A DNA stretch of 56,517 nt from Anaerolineae bacterium. Lineage in GTDB: Bacteria; Chloroflexota; Anaerolineae; UBA1429. Below, in pieces: positions 16,342-26,237 of this stretch. Every line of letters starts with the position of its first letter. Within the stretch, counting starts at the first letter, position 1. The stretch lies in contig DATKWG010000031.1 in NCBI GenBank assembly GCA_035529675.1, positions 1 through 56,517 on the forward strand. The letters run 5' to 3'. Below the pieces are notes generated by a model. It had not been told where the DNA came from. It saw only the letters and a program-made list of their open reading frames with translations, and made no database searches. Both the position numbers and the translations under genes were made by a program.

Positions 16342-16917
16342 TCATGCCTGATCCGGCTCCTCCGGGCCAGATGGCCAACCGACTTGTTGGTGCACCTCGT
16401 CTGCATGGAGAAGGGCTCGTTCCCTGTCGGGAACGGCCTCCACCTCCTCGCCTTGACGCTTCTTCAGGGCCTCTATCCCGCGCCAGATGACCTCTTGCAC
16501 CTGAGCAAGGCTCTCTGCCAGCTCCGTGAGCCTGTCCTCAGCGTATTGGTCGGCTCCAGCGCGAATCTGCGATACCTCTTCCTGCGCCCTCTTGAGGATG
16601 GATTCAGCCTCGGCCTCGGCAGCCTTGCGCAACTGATGCGAGTTCAGGTGGTGTGCCGCGTCTTCTCTGGCCTGGGCGATGATCCTTCTGGCCTCTTCAT
16701 GGGCCTGGCCCACATACTTGTCCCTCTCTTCTCGAACTTCCCGGGCCTGCTTGATCTCTTGGGGAACGCTGATGCGCATCTGGTCTACGATGTTCAGGAA
16801 GGTATCCTCATCGATGACCACTCTGCCACTGAGGGGAAGCCGCCACCCACGCTCAAGTAGCTCCTCAAGACGATCGACGAGCTGTAAGATGTCGATTTCG
16901 GTCACCCCCTTCAGCAA
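16342..16917 (-). CDS. coiled-coil protein of unknown function (ATP-synthase-b-like / DivIVA-like heptads)
   Basis: ORF between coaD and yceD, with a charged helical repeat composition. No confident family assignment. Confidence 0.5.
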   Translation of the reverse strand: MLKGVTEIDILQLVDRLEELLERGWRLPLSGRVVIDEDTFLNIVDQMRISVPQEIKQAREVREERDKYVGQAHEEARRIIAQAREDAAHHLNSHQLRKAAEAEAESILKRAQEEVSQIRAGADQYAEDRLTELAESLAQVQEVIWRGIEALKKRQGEEVEAVPDRERALLHADEVHQQVGWPSGPEEPDQA

Positions 16918-16943
16918 ATGGATGGGCGTCGCCGGGGCCTAGC

Positions 16944-17453
16944 CTAGCTATTCGCCGCCAAGCGAGCGAGCAACGCTTTCTCGACATGGGGAGGCACAAA
17001 CCCGGATATGCAGCCACCCAGGCTGGCGATCTCTTTGACCATCGATGAACTCATGAAAGCGTACTCGAGACTTGTCATCAAGTAAACCATCTCCACGTCA
17101 GGCGCCAGCTTGCTGTTAGTCAGGGCCATCTGATATTCAATCTCGAAATCAGAGATGACTCGCAGACCGCGTACGATGACCTTTGCTCCCTGGCTCTTGA
17201 CAAAGTCTACTGTCAGACCACCGTAGCTGACCACCCGAATCGCGGCCACTTCTTTCAACGCCTGGCGCATCATGGCCAGCCGCTCATCTGTCGAGAACAA
17301 CAGGCTCTTGTCAGGTCGATCGTATACGCCCACCACCACGCGGTCAAAGATCTCCGCCGCACGCTTGGCTACGTCGATGTGCCCATGGTGGACCGGGTCA
17401 AAGGTGCCAGGATACACCGCCACAGTCAGGATCCTGCCTCTATCAGGGCACAT
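16944..17453 (-). CDS. coaD: phosphopantetheine adenylyltransferase
   Basis: VAVYPGTFDPVHHGHIDV...ISDFEIE.QMA..N. The ATG at 17453 has GGAGGAG 5 nt upstream and overlaps the recG 3' end by 11 nt. Confidence 0.9.
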   Translation of the reverse strand: MCPDRGRILTVAVYPGTFDPVHHGHIDVAKRAAEIFDRVVVGVYDRPDKSLLFSTDERLAMMRQALKEVAAIRVVSYGGLTVDFVKSQGAKVIVRGLRVISDFEIEYQMALTNSKLAPDVEMVYLMTSLEYAFMSSSMVKEIASLGGCISGFVPPHVEKALLARLAANS

Positions 17454-19914
17454 CCCCGCTCCTCCAGAAACGATGCACACTCATCGCTATGGCCCGGTGC
17501 TCTGGCCTGGCAAGATCGGGGTCCTCTTGAAAGAGTCTCAAAGCTTCCGATCGAGCCCTTTCGAGAATGGCTGTGTCACTCAGCTTCGCCACCCTCAGCC
17601 TTGGCAAGCCGTGTTGACGCATCCCAAAGAAATCCCCAGGCCCCCTTAGCTGCAAGTCCTTCTCTGCCAATGCAAAGCCATCATGGGTCTCTGCGATGAT
17701 CTCCATCCGCTTGAGGCTATCTTCCGAAGGGTCGTCGAACAGAAGGATGCAGTAGGACTTGTGCTGGCCTCGCCCAACGCGCCCGCGGAACTGATGCAAC
17801 TGGGCCAGCCCAAACCGGTCAGCCCCCTCGATGAGCATGACTGTCGCATTGGGCACATCGATGCCTACTTCGACCACGGGTGTGGAAACGAGGATATCAT
17901 ACTCCCCACCCTGGAAACTGGTCATACTTTGTTCCTTTTCCTCAGCATCCATGCGACCGTGGAGCAGCCCCAGCCTCAGCCTGGGGAATACCTCCTCTTG
18001 CAGCCGCCTGTGTTCAGCCACGGCGGCCGTTGCCTCCACCCTATCCGATTCCTCAACCAGCGGGCATATGATGAATGCCTGGCGTCCCTGGGCAACCTGC
18101 GACTCAATGAAGGAATAGATACGCTCACGGCTCCCTCTGTCTCGCGCTGCGGTCTCCACCCGTTGTCTGTTCGGTGGCATCTCATCCAGGACGGAGATGT
18201 CCATGTCGCCATACACGGTCAAGGCCAGAGTGCGGGGGATGGGTGTGGCGCTCATCGCCAGAAGGTGTGGCACAAAATCAGTACCTTTGTCTCGCAGGGC
18301 AGCACGCTGGGCCACACCGAAGCGATGCTGCTCGTCAACCACCACAAGGCCAAGTCTGGCAAAGTCCACCGACGCCTGGATCAGAGCATGAGTGCCCACG
18401 ACTATCTGAGCCCGCCCCTGAAAGATATCGTCACGAAGGCATCGCTTCTCAGCATCGGAGAACCTGCCGGTGAGCAACGTGCAGTGAGTATCTGGGCATC
18501 CTTCCAGCATTTCCGATATGGTACGATAGTGTTGCTCGGCCAAGATCGACGTGGGAGCCATCACGGCTGCCTGGAGGCCGTTGCGCACCGTGGCCAACAT
18601 GGCAGCCACTGCAACCACGGTCTTGCCTGAACCAACATCACCTTGCAGCAGGCGGCTCATGGGCACACGTTTCTCCAAGTCGCCCAGGATATCCTTGATG
18701 GCTCTTCGCTGGGCTCCTGTGAGCTGGAATGGGAGCCCCGAGAAGAAGCTATCGATCTCGTGCCAGGGAACTGCCAGAGCTCTCCCCTGCTGAGACCGCG
18801 AGGCATGTCGCCGGCGGAGAAGGCCCAGTTGAACCAGGAAGAACTCATCGAAGCAGAGGCGCTGGCGCGCTTGCTGCAGGGAGATCTTGCTGGCCGGAAA
18901 GTGTATCTGCTCCAACGCCGTGCCCAGCTGCATCAAGCCGGTGGACTGTAGCATGGAGGGAGGTAGCGGGTCCATGATGAGCGGGGCCCAGTAGTCCAGG
19001 GTGGCTCTTGACAAGCGGCGCATCCACCCGCCTTTGATCCCCTCGGTGAGGGGATAGACGGGCACGAGACGCGCGGTGTGCAGGAGCTCGCGCCTGAGGG
19101 GCTCCCACTCGGGAGAGTTGAAAACCAGCCGACCAAGGTACTCTCCGACCTTGCCGCTAATCGCCACCTCGTCGCCCAGTTTGAGACGGCTCGCCAGGTG
19201 GGGCTGGTTGAACCACTGCGTCTCGATAGACCCCGTTCCATCGGTGACGATCGCCCGGGTGATGGCCTTGCCGCGCTCTGTGCGCCGAGTGCTCGTTGAC
19301 TGGATGATACCTACGACGGTGACCTCCTCGCCCAGCGTAAGACGACTGATGGTCCTCAGATCGGTGAAGTCGTTGTAGCGTCTCGGAAAATGATAGATCA
19401 GGTCCCTCACCTTTTGCAGCCCCAGGCGCTCGAGACGCGCCGCTATAACTCGCCCCACGCCCTTGAGCCTGGTAATAGGAGAATCGAGGCTCAGTTGCCC
19501 TGGCGCACCAGATATGGTTTCCTGGCCGCCAGACCGAGCGGTCTCTACCTGGCTCGCGCTCCTGTGAGGCGCCCCTGGCCCGTCATCGCCAGCATCGGCC
19601 CCAGAGTCCTCGCTTGGTCTCGCCGGTCCCAACTCGGTCCCAGGGCCGCGGCGAATTCCTTCGTTGCCCAAGAGACTCAGCAGCCGATCCAAGGTGTCGC
19701 GGCGTGCCGCCAGAGACAGATCGGCGTAGCCTGACAGCATTCCCACCACCTCAGCGACCGCGGGTGAGCGCGCGATCTCCTCAGACTCCTCGCGCGCCTC
19801 TCTCTCCCAATAGGTGAGAAAACGCGATACCCCCCCCACTACTGCCCGATCTCTGTAGCCCTGTTCCTGCTCAAGACTCAGTATGCGCCTCAACTTGTCG
19901 TATGCCGACGCCAT
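17443..19914 (-). CDS. recG: ATP-dependent DNA helicase RecG
   Basis: Wedge-domain entry LKGVG...L..LG...V.DL..HFPRRY.D, helicase motifs GDVGSGKT, DEQHRFG and the TPIPRT region. Start taken at the ATG at 19914. There is a non-canonical N-terminal extension of about 150 aa. Confidence 0.9.
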   Translation of the reverse strand: MASAYDKLRRILSLEQEQGYRDRAVVGGVSRFLTYWEREAREESEEIARSPAVAEVVGMLSGYADLSLAARRDTLDRLLSLLGNEGIRRGPGTELGPARPSEDSGADAGDDGPGAPHRSASQVETARSGGQETISGAPGQLSLDSPITRLKGVGRVIAARLERLGLQKVRDLIYHFPRRYNDFTDLRTISRLTLGEEVTVVGIIQSTSTRRTERGKAITRAIVTDGTGSIETQWFNQPHLASRLKLGDEVAISGKVGEYLGRLVFNSPEWEPLRRELLHTARLVPVYPLTEGIKGGWMRRLSRATLDYWAPLIMDPLPPSMLQSTGLMQLGTALEQIHFPASKISLQQARQRLCFDEFFLVQLGLLRRRHASRSQQGRALAVPWHEIDSFFSGLPFQLTGAQRRAIKDILGDLEKRVPMSRLLQGDVGSGKTVVAVAAMLATVRNGLQAAVMAPTSILAEQHYRTISEMLEGCPDTHCTLLTGRFSDAEKRCLRDDIFQGRAQIVVGTHALIQASVDFARLGLVVVDEQHRFGVAQRAALRDKGTDFVPHLLAMSATPIPRTLALTVYGDMDISVLDEMPPNRQRVETAARDRGSRERIYSFIESQVAQGRQAFIICPLVEESDRVEATAAVAEHRRLQEEVFPRLRLGLLHGRMDAEEKEQSMTSFQGGEYDILVSTPVVEVGIDVPNATVMLIEGADRFGLAQLHQFRGRVGRGQHKSYCILLFDDPSEDSLKRMEIIAETHDGFALAEKDLQLRGPGDFFGMRQHGLPRLRVAKLSDTAILERARSEALRLFQEDPDLARPEHRAIAMSVHRFWRSGDVP

Positions 19915-19983
19915 CTGCCTAGCTCGATTCCAATCCCGAGACCCTCGACACGACCTTGTCACTCATCAAAGCTCGCCCCGAAC

Positions 19984-20820
19984 CTACCCTTCAAAAGCCA
20001 CGATTCCCAGGGCCTCTGGTCCGATATAGGTCCCCAGTGCGGGACCATAGATGTGCTCTTCCGTGACCTCCCGGGGTAGCAGGTCAGCCAATCGCGCCTT
20101 CAGCTCCTCAACCTGCGGCATCAGACCGCTGTGAAGAATGGATAGCTTCTTTAACTCTCGGAACTCGGCAACGAACTCAACCAGGCGGTCCAAGGCGGTA
20201 CCCCGCCCTCGCAAGCGACGAACAGGAGTGATCTCGCCTTCCTCCATGGTGAGCAGGGGGCTGGTGATCTTGTCACGCCTGGCACCCCGAGATCGCTGGG
20301 CGGCAATGGTGCGCCGCAAGTAGTCAGGATTCTGAACATAGAAGGCAAGGTAGGTTCGAGGGATCATCCCTCGCACCATACGCACAATCTCCTGAGCGGC
20401 TGCCCCGTTCCGGGCGGCCTCGGCAGCCTCAGTCACCAGGATACCCAATGCACGCGAGACAACCTGTGAATCGATCACGCTGACCTGGCAGCGCCCCAAG
20501 CAACCGACACTCCCCTCTCTCGCTGCCCGAACGGTGTCACTCAGGCACGAAGAAAGGTGGATGGACACGATGCGACTGGCCTGCCTGGCCAACCGGCCGT
20601 AGGCCTCAGCAAACCGGCTCGCCGTCGGCGGCACGGCAATCGCGATGGTACCATTCCTGGCTATGCGCCTGTGAAACCCGACTGAGCGCAGATCGGGACC
20701 CTCCACAAGCGTCTCGCGGCCCATGCGAATGCCCAGCGCCACGACCGTGATGCCAAGCTCCTCCACGGCCTCTGAGGAGAGATCGGCGGAACTGTCGGTA
20801 ACGATTCTAGTATTGTTCAT
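19984..20820 (-). CDS. DegV family fatty-acid-binding protein
   Basis: RIVTDSSADL... and overall DegV pattern. Conserved position after the DAK2 gene. Confidence 0.85.
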   Translation of the reverse strand: MNNTRIVTDSSADLSSEAVEELGITVVALGIRMGRETLVEGPDLRSVGFHRRIARNGTIAIAVPPTASRFAEAYGRLARQASRIVSIHLSSCLSDTVRAAREGSVGCLGRCQVSVIDSQVVSRALGILVTEAAEAARNGAAAQEIVRMVRGMIPRTYLAFYVQNPDYLRRTIAAQRSRGARRDKITSPLLTMEEGEITPVRRLRGRGTALDRLVEFVAEFRELKKLSILHSGLMPQVEELKARLADLLPREVTEEHIYGPALGTYIGPEALGIVAFEG

Positions 20821-20843
20821 GCTAAAGCCGCTCCCACAGCCCT

Positions 20844-22574
20844 TTACTCAGCCGAGATGACATAGAAGTAGTGGGGCTGTCCGCCGTCAAGCAGCTCGAT
20901 CTCGAGATCGGGATAGGCGTGCCTGGCATACTCGGCCAGCTCGGTCGCCTCCTGAAGAGAAACGTCCTCCCCGTAGTAGACGGTGACGATCTCATAGTCC
21001 TCAACATGCATCCGCTCCAACAGTTCCTTGGCCACTGACAAAACATCTTCATCCGCCGCGACCAAGTCGCCGTTGAGCAAACCGATGACATGGCCTTCAG
21101 CAATAGAGAGGCCGTTGATCTTCGCCGACCGCACAGCCCTGGTGACCTCGGCGGTTTCAACCTGCCGGGCGGCTTCCAGCATAAGCTCCGCATTGGCCTC
21201 CAGCCCAGCCTGGTAGTTGAAGGCCAAGAGTGCCGCGATGCCTTGGGGCATGCTCTCGGTTGGAACCAGGGTCACTTGCTTCTCCGAGAGTTCCTTGGCC
21301 TGCTGAGCGGCCAGGATGATATTGCTGTTGTTTGGCAAGACAAGGACTTGATCAGAGGCCACGCTTTCGATGCAGGTGAGCAAGTCCTGCGTGCTAGGGT
21401 TCATCGTTTGGCCCCCCGGCACGACCGCACTGGCCCCGAGGCTCTCGAAAACACGGGTGAGTCCCTCCCCTGATGCCACAGCGATGACACAGATATCGCT
21501 CAGACGCTCCGGTTTGGGCGCTGGCGGACGGAACGCCGTCAGTGGCAGGGACCCCTTCGCCGACGGTTGAGAGCTTGCCACGAACTCCTGGTACTGAAGC
21601 TGCATGTTTTCGACGATCACCGAGGTGATATCTCCACGTTCGATGCCATAGTCCAGCACCTGGCCGGGATGGTCACAATGCACGTGCACCTTTACCACCT
21701 GGTCATCGCCCACCACCAGCACCGAATCTCCCATGCTCGCGATCTGCTGTCGGATCGCCTCCAAGTCCAGGTTTTCGCCCTTGATGACGAACTGGGTGTC
21801 ATAGTTATACTCACCCTGAGGAGCAAAGACCTGTTCTGGCTGCACTTCAGATGGCACTACACCCACAACAGGTTGTCCCCGCATCTGGCGGAGCATGCCC
21901 TCCAGAATGAGCACAAACCCTTGAGCGCCAGCGTCTACCACTCCCGCTTCGGCCAGCACAGGCAGCAAGCTCGGCGTGCGTGCCAAAGACGCCTGCGCTT
22001 CGGCCACTGCGCTGGCAAGCACCCACTCTACATCATGTCCCGCCGATGCTGCCCGGCTCGCCGACTCTGCGCATTCCCTGGCCACCGTCAGGATGGTGCC
22101 TTCGACGGGCCGCATGACCCCCTTGTAGGCGGTGACTGCGCCCTGCTGAAGCGCCTCTGCAAGATCGACGCCACCAAAGCTATCCTTGCCCTGCAGCACA
22201 CGAGCAAAGCCTCGCAGGATCTGCGAGAGAATGACTCCCGAGTTGCCCCGGGCTCCCATCAAGGCCCCCCGGGCCACCACCTGGGTCAACTCTGAGACAG
22301 ACGAATGTGACTCGTCGCTCAGCTCGTCGAGCGCTGCGCGCATTGTCAGTGACATGTTTGTCCCGGTGTCGCCATCGGGCACGGGAAAGACGTTCAGCGC
22401 ATTCACGCTGGCGATGTGATGATCCAACCAGCAACTGGCCGCTCGCAGGGCCCCCAGAAGCTGGTCGCAATCGCAGACCGCCTGCGAAGATGAGCGGGTG
22501 AGAGTCTGGGTCGATCCCGCTGCTGGCGCGTCCTGCCTTGCTCCATTCTCGTGGGAGATCACCTTGGTGGGCAC
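20844..22574 (-). CDS. DAK2 domain-containing protein (YloV-like)
   Basis: LNVFPVPDGDTGTNM... DAK2 motif with the YloV-type C-terminal domain. GTG start. Confidence 0.85.
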   Translation of the reverse strand: MPTKVISHENGARQDAPAAGSTQTLTRSSSQAVCDCDQLLGALRAASCWLDHHIASVNALNVFPVPDGDTGTNMSLTMRAALDELSDESHSSVSELTQVVARGALMGARGNSGVILSQILRGFARVLQGKDSFGGVDLAEALQQGAVTAYKGVMRPVEGTILTVARECAESASRAASAGHDVEWVLASAVAEAQASLARTPSLLPVLAEAGVVDAGAQGFVLILEGMLRQMRGQPVVGVVPSEVQPEQVFAPQGEYNYDTQFVIKGENLDLEAIRQQIASMGDSVLVVGDDQVVKVHVHCDHPGQVLDYGIERGDITSVIVENMQLQYQEFVASSQPSAKGSLPLTAFRPPAPKPERLSDICVIAVASGEGLTRVFESLGASAVVPGGQTMNPSTQDLLTCIESVASDQVLVLPNNSNIILAAQQAKELSEKQVTLVPTESMPQGIAALLAFNYQAGLEANAELMLEAARQVETAEVTRAVRSAKINGLSIAEGHVIGLLNGDLVAADEDVLSVAKELLERMHVEDYEIVTVYYGEDVSLQEATELAEYARHAYPDLEIELLDGGQPHYFYVISAE

Positions 22575-22622
22575 GGTGTTCTACCTCCCTGGACTACCGC
22601 GCCGTGGCTCGCCAAGGCAACG

Positions 22623-22982
22623 CTAGCTATCCTGGTTGCTGACCCTGAGCCCCTGCACATGAACGTTCACCTGGGCAACCGGCATACCAAGGGCACTCTC
22701 CACGCCAAACTTGACGCTTTCCATCACATTCTGGGCGACTTCTGATATGCGGGTGCCATACTCGATGACCACATAGAGATTGACCACGATGTCGTCATCG
22801 ACCACTTCGATCTCGACACCCCGGTTGTAGTTATCAACTTGTAGGATTTCGGCGATTCCATCGCGCAGCGTTGCCGCTGACATGCCCACCACTCCATAAC
22901 AGCTCAGCACAGCTTCGGTGGCGATGCTCGCTATGGCCTTGGGCGATACCTCGATCTTGCCAAGGGTAGAACCTTTCTCCAT
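22623..22982 (-). CDS. Asp23/Gls24 family protein (YloU-like)
   Basis: GKIEVSPKAIASIATEAVLSCYGVVGM...VNVHVQGL. Divergent from rpmB, as in Firmicutes. Confidence 0.85.
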   Translation of the reverse strand: MEKGSTLGKIEVSPKAIASIATEAVLSCYGVVGMSAATLRDGIAEILQVDNYNRGVEIEVVDDDIVVNLYVVIEYGTRISEVAQNVMESVKFGVESALGMPVAQVNVHVQGLRVSNQDS

Positions 22983-23115
22983 GAGACCACTCCCAGTCAG
23001 AACCTATTGAGGGATTCGCCGTGCAAAACACCGGAAAGCCCGGCTGCTGCGCGGGTATGCCGTCTCACCGACGAGCCTGGGTCGCCCCCTCCCGTGCTCT
23101 CGTTCGTCTGCTCTT

Positions 23116-23144
23116 TTGCACATATCTACTCCCTATGGTATCAT
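23116..23144 (+). promoter_or_regulatory. promoter of rpmB (TTGCAC-17-TATCAT)
   Basis: TTGCACatatctactccctatggTATCAT. It gives a leader of about 80 nt. Confidence 0.45.
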
Positions 23145-23230
23145 ATCTATCGCATTCAGGCCAGTCTTGCAGGCGCGAGTACCCAGGGGGCACCAGTGCC
23201 CAGGCCTGATGCCAGCAAGAGGTGATATTG

Positions 23231-23413
23231 ATGGCAAAGTGTGATATCTGCGGCAAGGGACCCCAGTTCGGGCACAACGTCAGCCATTCCAAGCGCCGAA
23301 CCAACCGCTCCTGGCTGCCGAATATCCAGACAGTCACCATAATGGTCGATGGCCAGCGCAAGACAGTCAAGATGTGCACACGCTGCCTGCGGACCCGTAA
23401 CAAGCTCTCGTAG
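23231..23413 (+). CDS. rpmB: 50S ribosomal protein L28
   Basis: [29 protein letters not shown]. The ATG at 23231 lies 5 nt after GAGGTGA. Confidence 0.9.
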   Translation: MAKCDICGKGPQFGHNVSHSKRRTNRSWLPNIQTVTIMVDGQRKTVKMCTRCLRTRNKLS

Positions 23414-23432
23414 AGCAGCCAGCGGCCACCCG

Positions 23433-24191
23433 TCAGGCGTGATCTCGGCTCAGGCACTCGGGGCCAGCTCTGGCAACGCAGGGCTGGCCCTGCTCCTTGC
23501 CCTGGAGCGAGAGACTCTCCAGGATGGTTGCGAGCCGGCGCATCCCCGCTTCCACTCCGTGCTGGTGGGAGAAAACCGCTGACCCCACAACCAGAATGTC
23601 GGCTCCAGCCCTCACGACGTCGGCAAGCGTATCAACGTTGATCCCGCCATCCACCTCAATCTGGCATTCCAACGCGCGTTGCCGGAGCATCCGCCTCAGC
23701 CGACGCACCCTTCCAAGAGACGCGGGGATAAAGTCCTGCCCTCCAAACCCCGGGTCCACGCTCATGATCAGCACCAGCTCAACCTGATCGAGAACCTCAT
23801 CCAGCAGCAACAGCGGCGTGGCAGGATTCAGGGCCACGCCAGGACGTGCCCCAGCCAGGCGGATCTGGGCCAGCGTCCGGTGCAGGTGTGGACAAGTCTC
23901 CACATGCACCAGGATGGGGTCTGCGCCCGCCTGGGCGAATTCGTCGATGTACCGCTCGGGTTGCTCGATCATCAAGTGCACCTGCAACGGCAGGCGCGTC
24001 ACCCCACGGAGGGCCCGCACAACCAGCGGGCCAACGGTGATGTTGGGCACAAAATGGCCATCCATGACGTCAACGTGAATGGCGTCGGCGCCCGCCTCCT
24101 CCGCCTGCCTTACCTGCTCTCCCAATCTGGCAAAATCGGCTGAAAGGACAGACGGGGCGATCTGAATGCGACGGCCACCTGATATGATCAC
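23433..24191 (-). CDS. rpe: ribulose-phosphate 3-epimerase
   Basis: IAPSVLSADFARLGE...DVMDGHFVPN...H.M...P...MSV.PGFGGQ.F...VDGG. GTG start overlapping the rlmN stop (GTGA). The C-terminal tail of about 25 aa is not typical. Confidence 0.85.
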   Translation of the reverse strand: MIISGGRRIQIAPSVLSADFARLGEQVRQAEEAGADAIHVDVMDGHFVPNITVGPLVVRALRGVTRLPLQVHLMIEQPERYIDEFAQAGADPILVHVETCPHLHRTLAQIRLAGARPGVALNPATPLLLLDEVLDQVELVLIMSVDPGFGGQDFIPASLGRVRRLRRMLRQRALECQIEVDGGINVDTLADVVRAGADILVVGSAVFSHQHGVEAGMRRLATILESLSLQGKEQGQPCVARAGPECLSRDHA

Positions 24192-25285
24192 GGGATTGCC
24201 TGCCTGGTTTGATGAGCCAAGGCACGGCCGCGCAATTGCCCACAACCCGCCTGGATGCTCAGGCCACGGCGCGCCCGCACGGTGGTTTGGATACCCCTCT
24301 TGATCAGTATCTCCTGAAAGCGCAGAACTCTCTCCCGAGAAGAAGGCCTGTGGACGCAACCGGCGGTGGGGTTCAACGGCATCAGGTTGACATGACAGTC
24401 CAACCCCAGCAGTAGCTCGGCAGTGTGGTGAGCCTGCTCGTCCGTGTCGTTCACTCCATCGACCAGCGCGTATTCGAAGGTGACCCGCCGACCGGTACGC
24501 TCAATGTATAACCTGCTGGCCGAAATGAGGTCTTCCAGAGGATAACGTCGGTTGATGGGCACGAGCTGATCTCGCAGGGCGTTGTCTGGCGCGTGGAGAG
24601 AGATGGCCAGGCCGACGCCACGCCCTTCGCGGGCCAGACGTTCGATGCCTGGCACGACGCCCGCCGTCGATATGGTGAAGCGCCGACTTCCGAGCGCAAG
24701 GCCCTGGGGATCGTTCAGATTGGCGATCGCGCGCCACACCGCGTCGTAGTTGAGCATCGGTTCGCCCATGCCCATAAAGACCACGTTGGTCAGGTGAGCT
24801 TCCTCTTTGCGCAACTGGCGAGCAAAGTGCAAGACCTGGCCGGCGATCTCGCCGCCGGTCAGGTTGCGAACGAACCCGCTCTGTCCTGTTGCACAGAAGG
24901 CGCAGCCGACGGGACAGCCAATCTGTGAGGAAGCGCAAACCGTGTTGCGATTAGTGTAGCGCATGAGCACCGACTCGAAGCAATGCCCATCCACAGCCCG
25001 AAACAGGGTTTTCTCGGTGAGACCATCGTCGGGCACGGACAGGCCAACTTGCCTGATGGTGCCCACGCAGGTTTCCTCTGCGAGGCGACGGCGCAACTCC
25101 TTGGGCAGGTTGGCCATCTCACCGGGGTCACTGGCCAGCGTACGGTAGATCCAACGCCAAATCTGCGCTGCTCGAAACCGGGGCTGCCCCCAGTCGAGGA
25201 CCATCTGGACCAGGTCATCGAAGGATAGATCCAAAAGATTGATGTTGTCAGGTGTCATGTCTCGATCAAGCCCAAAACTTGCCAT
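24188..25285 (-). CDS. rlmN: 23S rRNA (adenine2503-C2)-methyltransferase RlmN (radical SAM)
   Basis: RA.QIW.W.Y, the radical-SAM cluster motif CPVGCAFCATG, and GMGEP. Confidence 0.9.
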   Translation of the reverse strand: MASFGLDRDMTPDNINLLDLSFDDLVQMVLDWGQPRFRAAQIWRWIYRTLASDPGEMANLPKELRRRLAEETCVGTIRQVGLSVPDDGLTEKTLFRAVDGHCFESVLMRYTNRNTVCASSQIGCPVGCAFCATGQSGFVRNLTGGEIAGQVLHFARQLRKEEAHLTNVVFMGMGEPMLNYDAVWRAIANLNDPQGLALGSRRFTISTAGVVPGIERLAREGRGVGLAISLHAPDNALRDQLVPINRRYPLEDLISASRLYIERTGRRVTFEYALVDGVNDTDEQAHHTAELLLGLDCHVNLMPLNPTAGCVHRPSSRERVLRFQEILIKRGIQTTVRARRGLSIQAGCGQLRGRALAHQTRQAIP

Positions 25286-25341
25286 CCATGTGGGCCGCCT
25301 GGTGGAGAGGACGGTTGGTGAGGAGAACTCGATGCCAGGCG

Positions 25342-26040
25342 TCAGTCGCGGCGGCGGTAGCCACCCAGCAGAAAGACGTAGTAGAGTATGGTTGACAGGG
25401 CCTGTGTGGCTGCGGCGACGTAGGTAAGCGATGCCGCCGACAAGACCTGCTGCACTCCCCTCTCATCGACGTCGCTCATCATGCCGCTACCCTGAAGCAT
25501 CGACACCGCGCGCCGGCTGGCGTCGAACTCGACCGGCAAGGTCACCAGCGAGAACACTAGGGTGGCCGAGAAGAAGAGCAGGCCGATGAAGGACATGTTC
25601 GGGATAGGCAGCACCATGCCGCCGAGAAAGATGATCGGCCCCAGCCACGACCCGATCCTCACGACCGGCACCAGACCGCTGCGCAGCTTCAGGGGCAGAT
25701 ACTCCTGGTGGTGCTGAATGGCGTGCCCCACCTCGTGGGCGACGATGCCCAGAGAGGCGACAGACGCCGAGCGCGCGACGCCAGAGGATAGGGCCAGAGT
25801 CTTGCTGCGCGGATCATAGTGATCGGAGAGATGCCCTAGCTTCTCTTGCAGATTCACCTGCTCCAATCCGCTGATGGCAAGCAGGCGCCGGGCCGCTTCG
25901 CAGCCCACTATTCCACTGCTGTTGCCAACCCTGCTGAACCTCCTGTAGGCAGAACCTACCTTGTACTGGGCATAGAGGCCCAGGATCAAGGCGGGGATTG
26001 CGAAAAGATAGTAGATCGGATCGAACATTGGCCAATACAT
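25342..26040 (-). CDS. zinc metallopeptidase (YugP/Zn_peptidase_2-like membrane protein)
   Basis: HLSDHYDPR...L.LS......S.AS.GIVAHEVGHAIQH (HExxH) plus flanking TM helices. Start moved to the ATG at 26040. Confidence 0.8.
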   Translation of the reverse strand: MYWPMFDPIYYLFAIPALILGLYAQYKVGSAYRRFSRVGNSSGIVGCEAARRLLAISGLEQVNLQEKLGHLSDHYDPRSKTLALSSGVARSASVASLGIVAHEVGHAIQHHQEYLPLKLRSGLVPVVRIGSWLGPIIFLGGMVLPIPNMSFIGLLFFSATLVFSLVTLPVEFDASRRAVSMLQGSGMMSDVDERGVQQVLSAASLTYVAAATQALSTILYYVFLLGGYRRRD

Positions 26041-26087
26041 AGACGACTGATTGCCTCCTGTTGCGCTCGTCAGTTCAACTCCCCCAA

Positions 26088-26116
26088 AGTATACTACGAG
26101 CACAACGCCAAGTAAA
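26088..26116 (-). promoter_or_regulatory. promoter of the zinc metallopeptidase gene (TTTACT-17-TATACT)
   Basis: The minus strand reads TTTACTtggcgttgtgctcgtagTATACT, 11 nt from repeat A3. Confidence 0.45.
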
Positions 26117-26127
26117 GCTGTCTCTGC

Positions 26128-26226
26128 GGAGAGTATCGAAAGACCCTGCGCGCGCTCCGGTCATTGTCACTCTGAGGGCAGGCCGAGGGCCTCGACAGTG
26201 CAAAGCAGAGATTCCTCGGCCTCGCC
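26128..26226 (-). repeat. MITE-like repeat family A, copy A3 (variant central module)
   Basis: The reverse complement reads GGCGAGGCCGAGGAATCTCTGCTTTGC...CCCTCAGAGTGACAATGACCGGAGCGCGCGCAGGGTCTTTCGATACTCTCC. Confidence 0.65.
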
Positions 26227-26237
26227 CGAGGGCTACC

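Noticed and set aside
22983-23230. Possible ribosomal-protein autoregulatory leader upstream of rpmB (hairpin TCAGGCC...GGCCTGA).
   Set aside because: There is only a generic hairpin in an ~80-nt leader, and I cannot match it to a known L28 leader motif. It is not distinctive enough to report as a finding.
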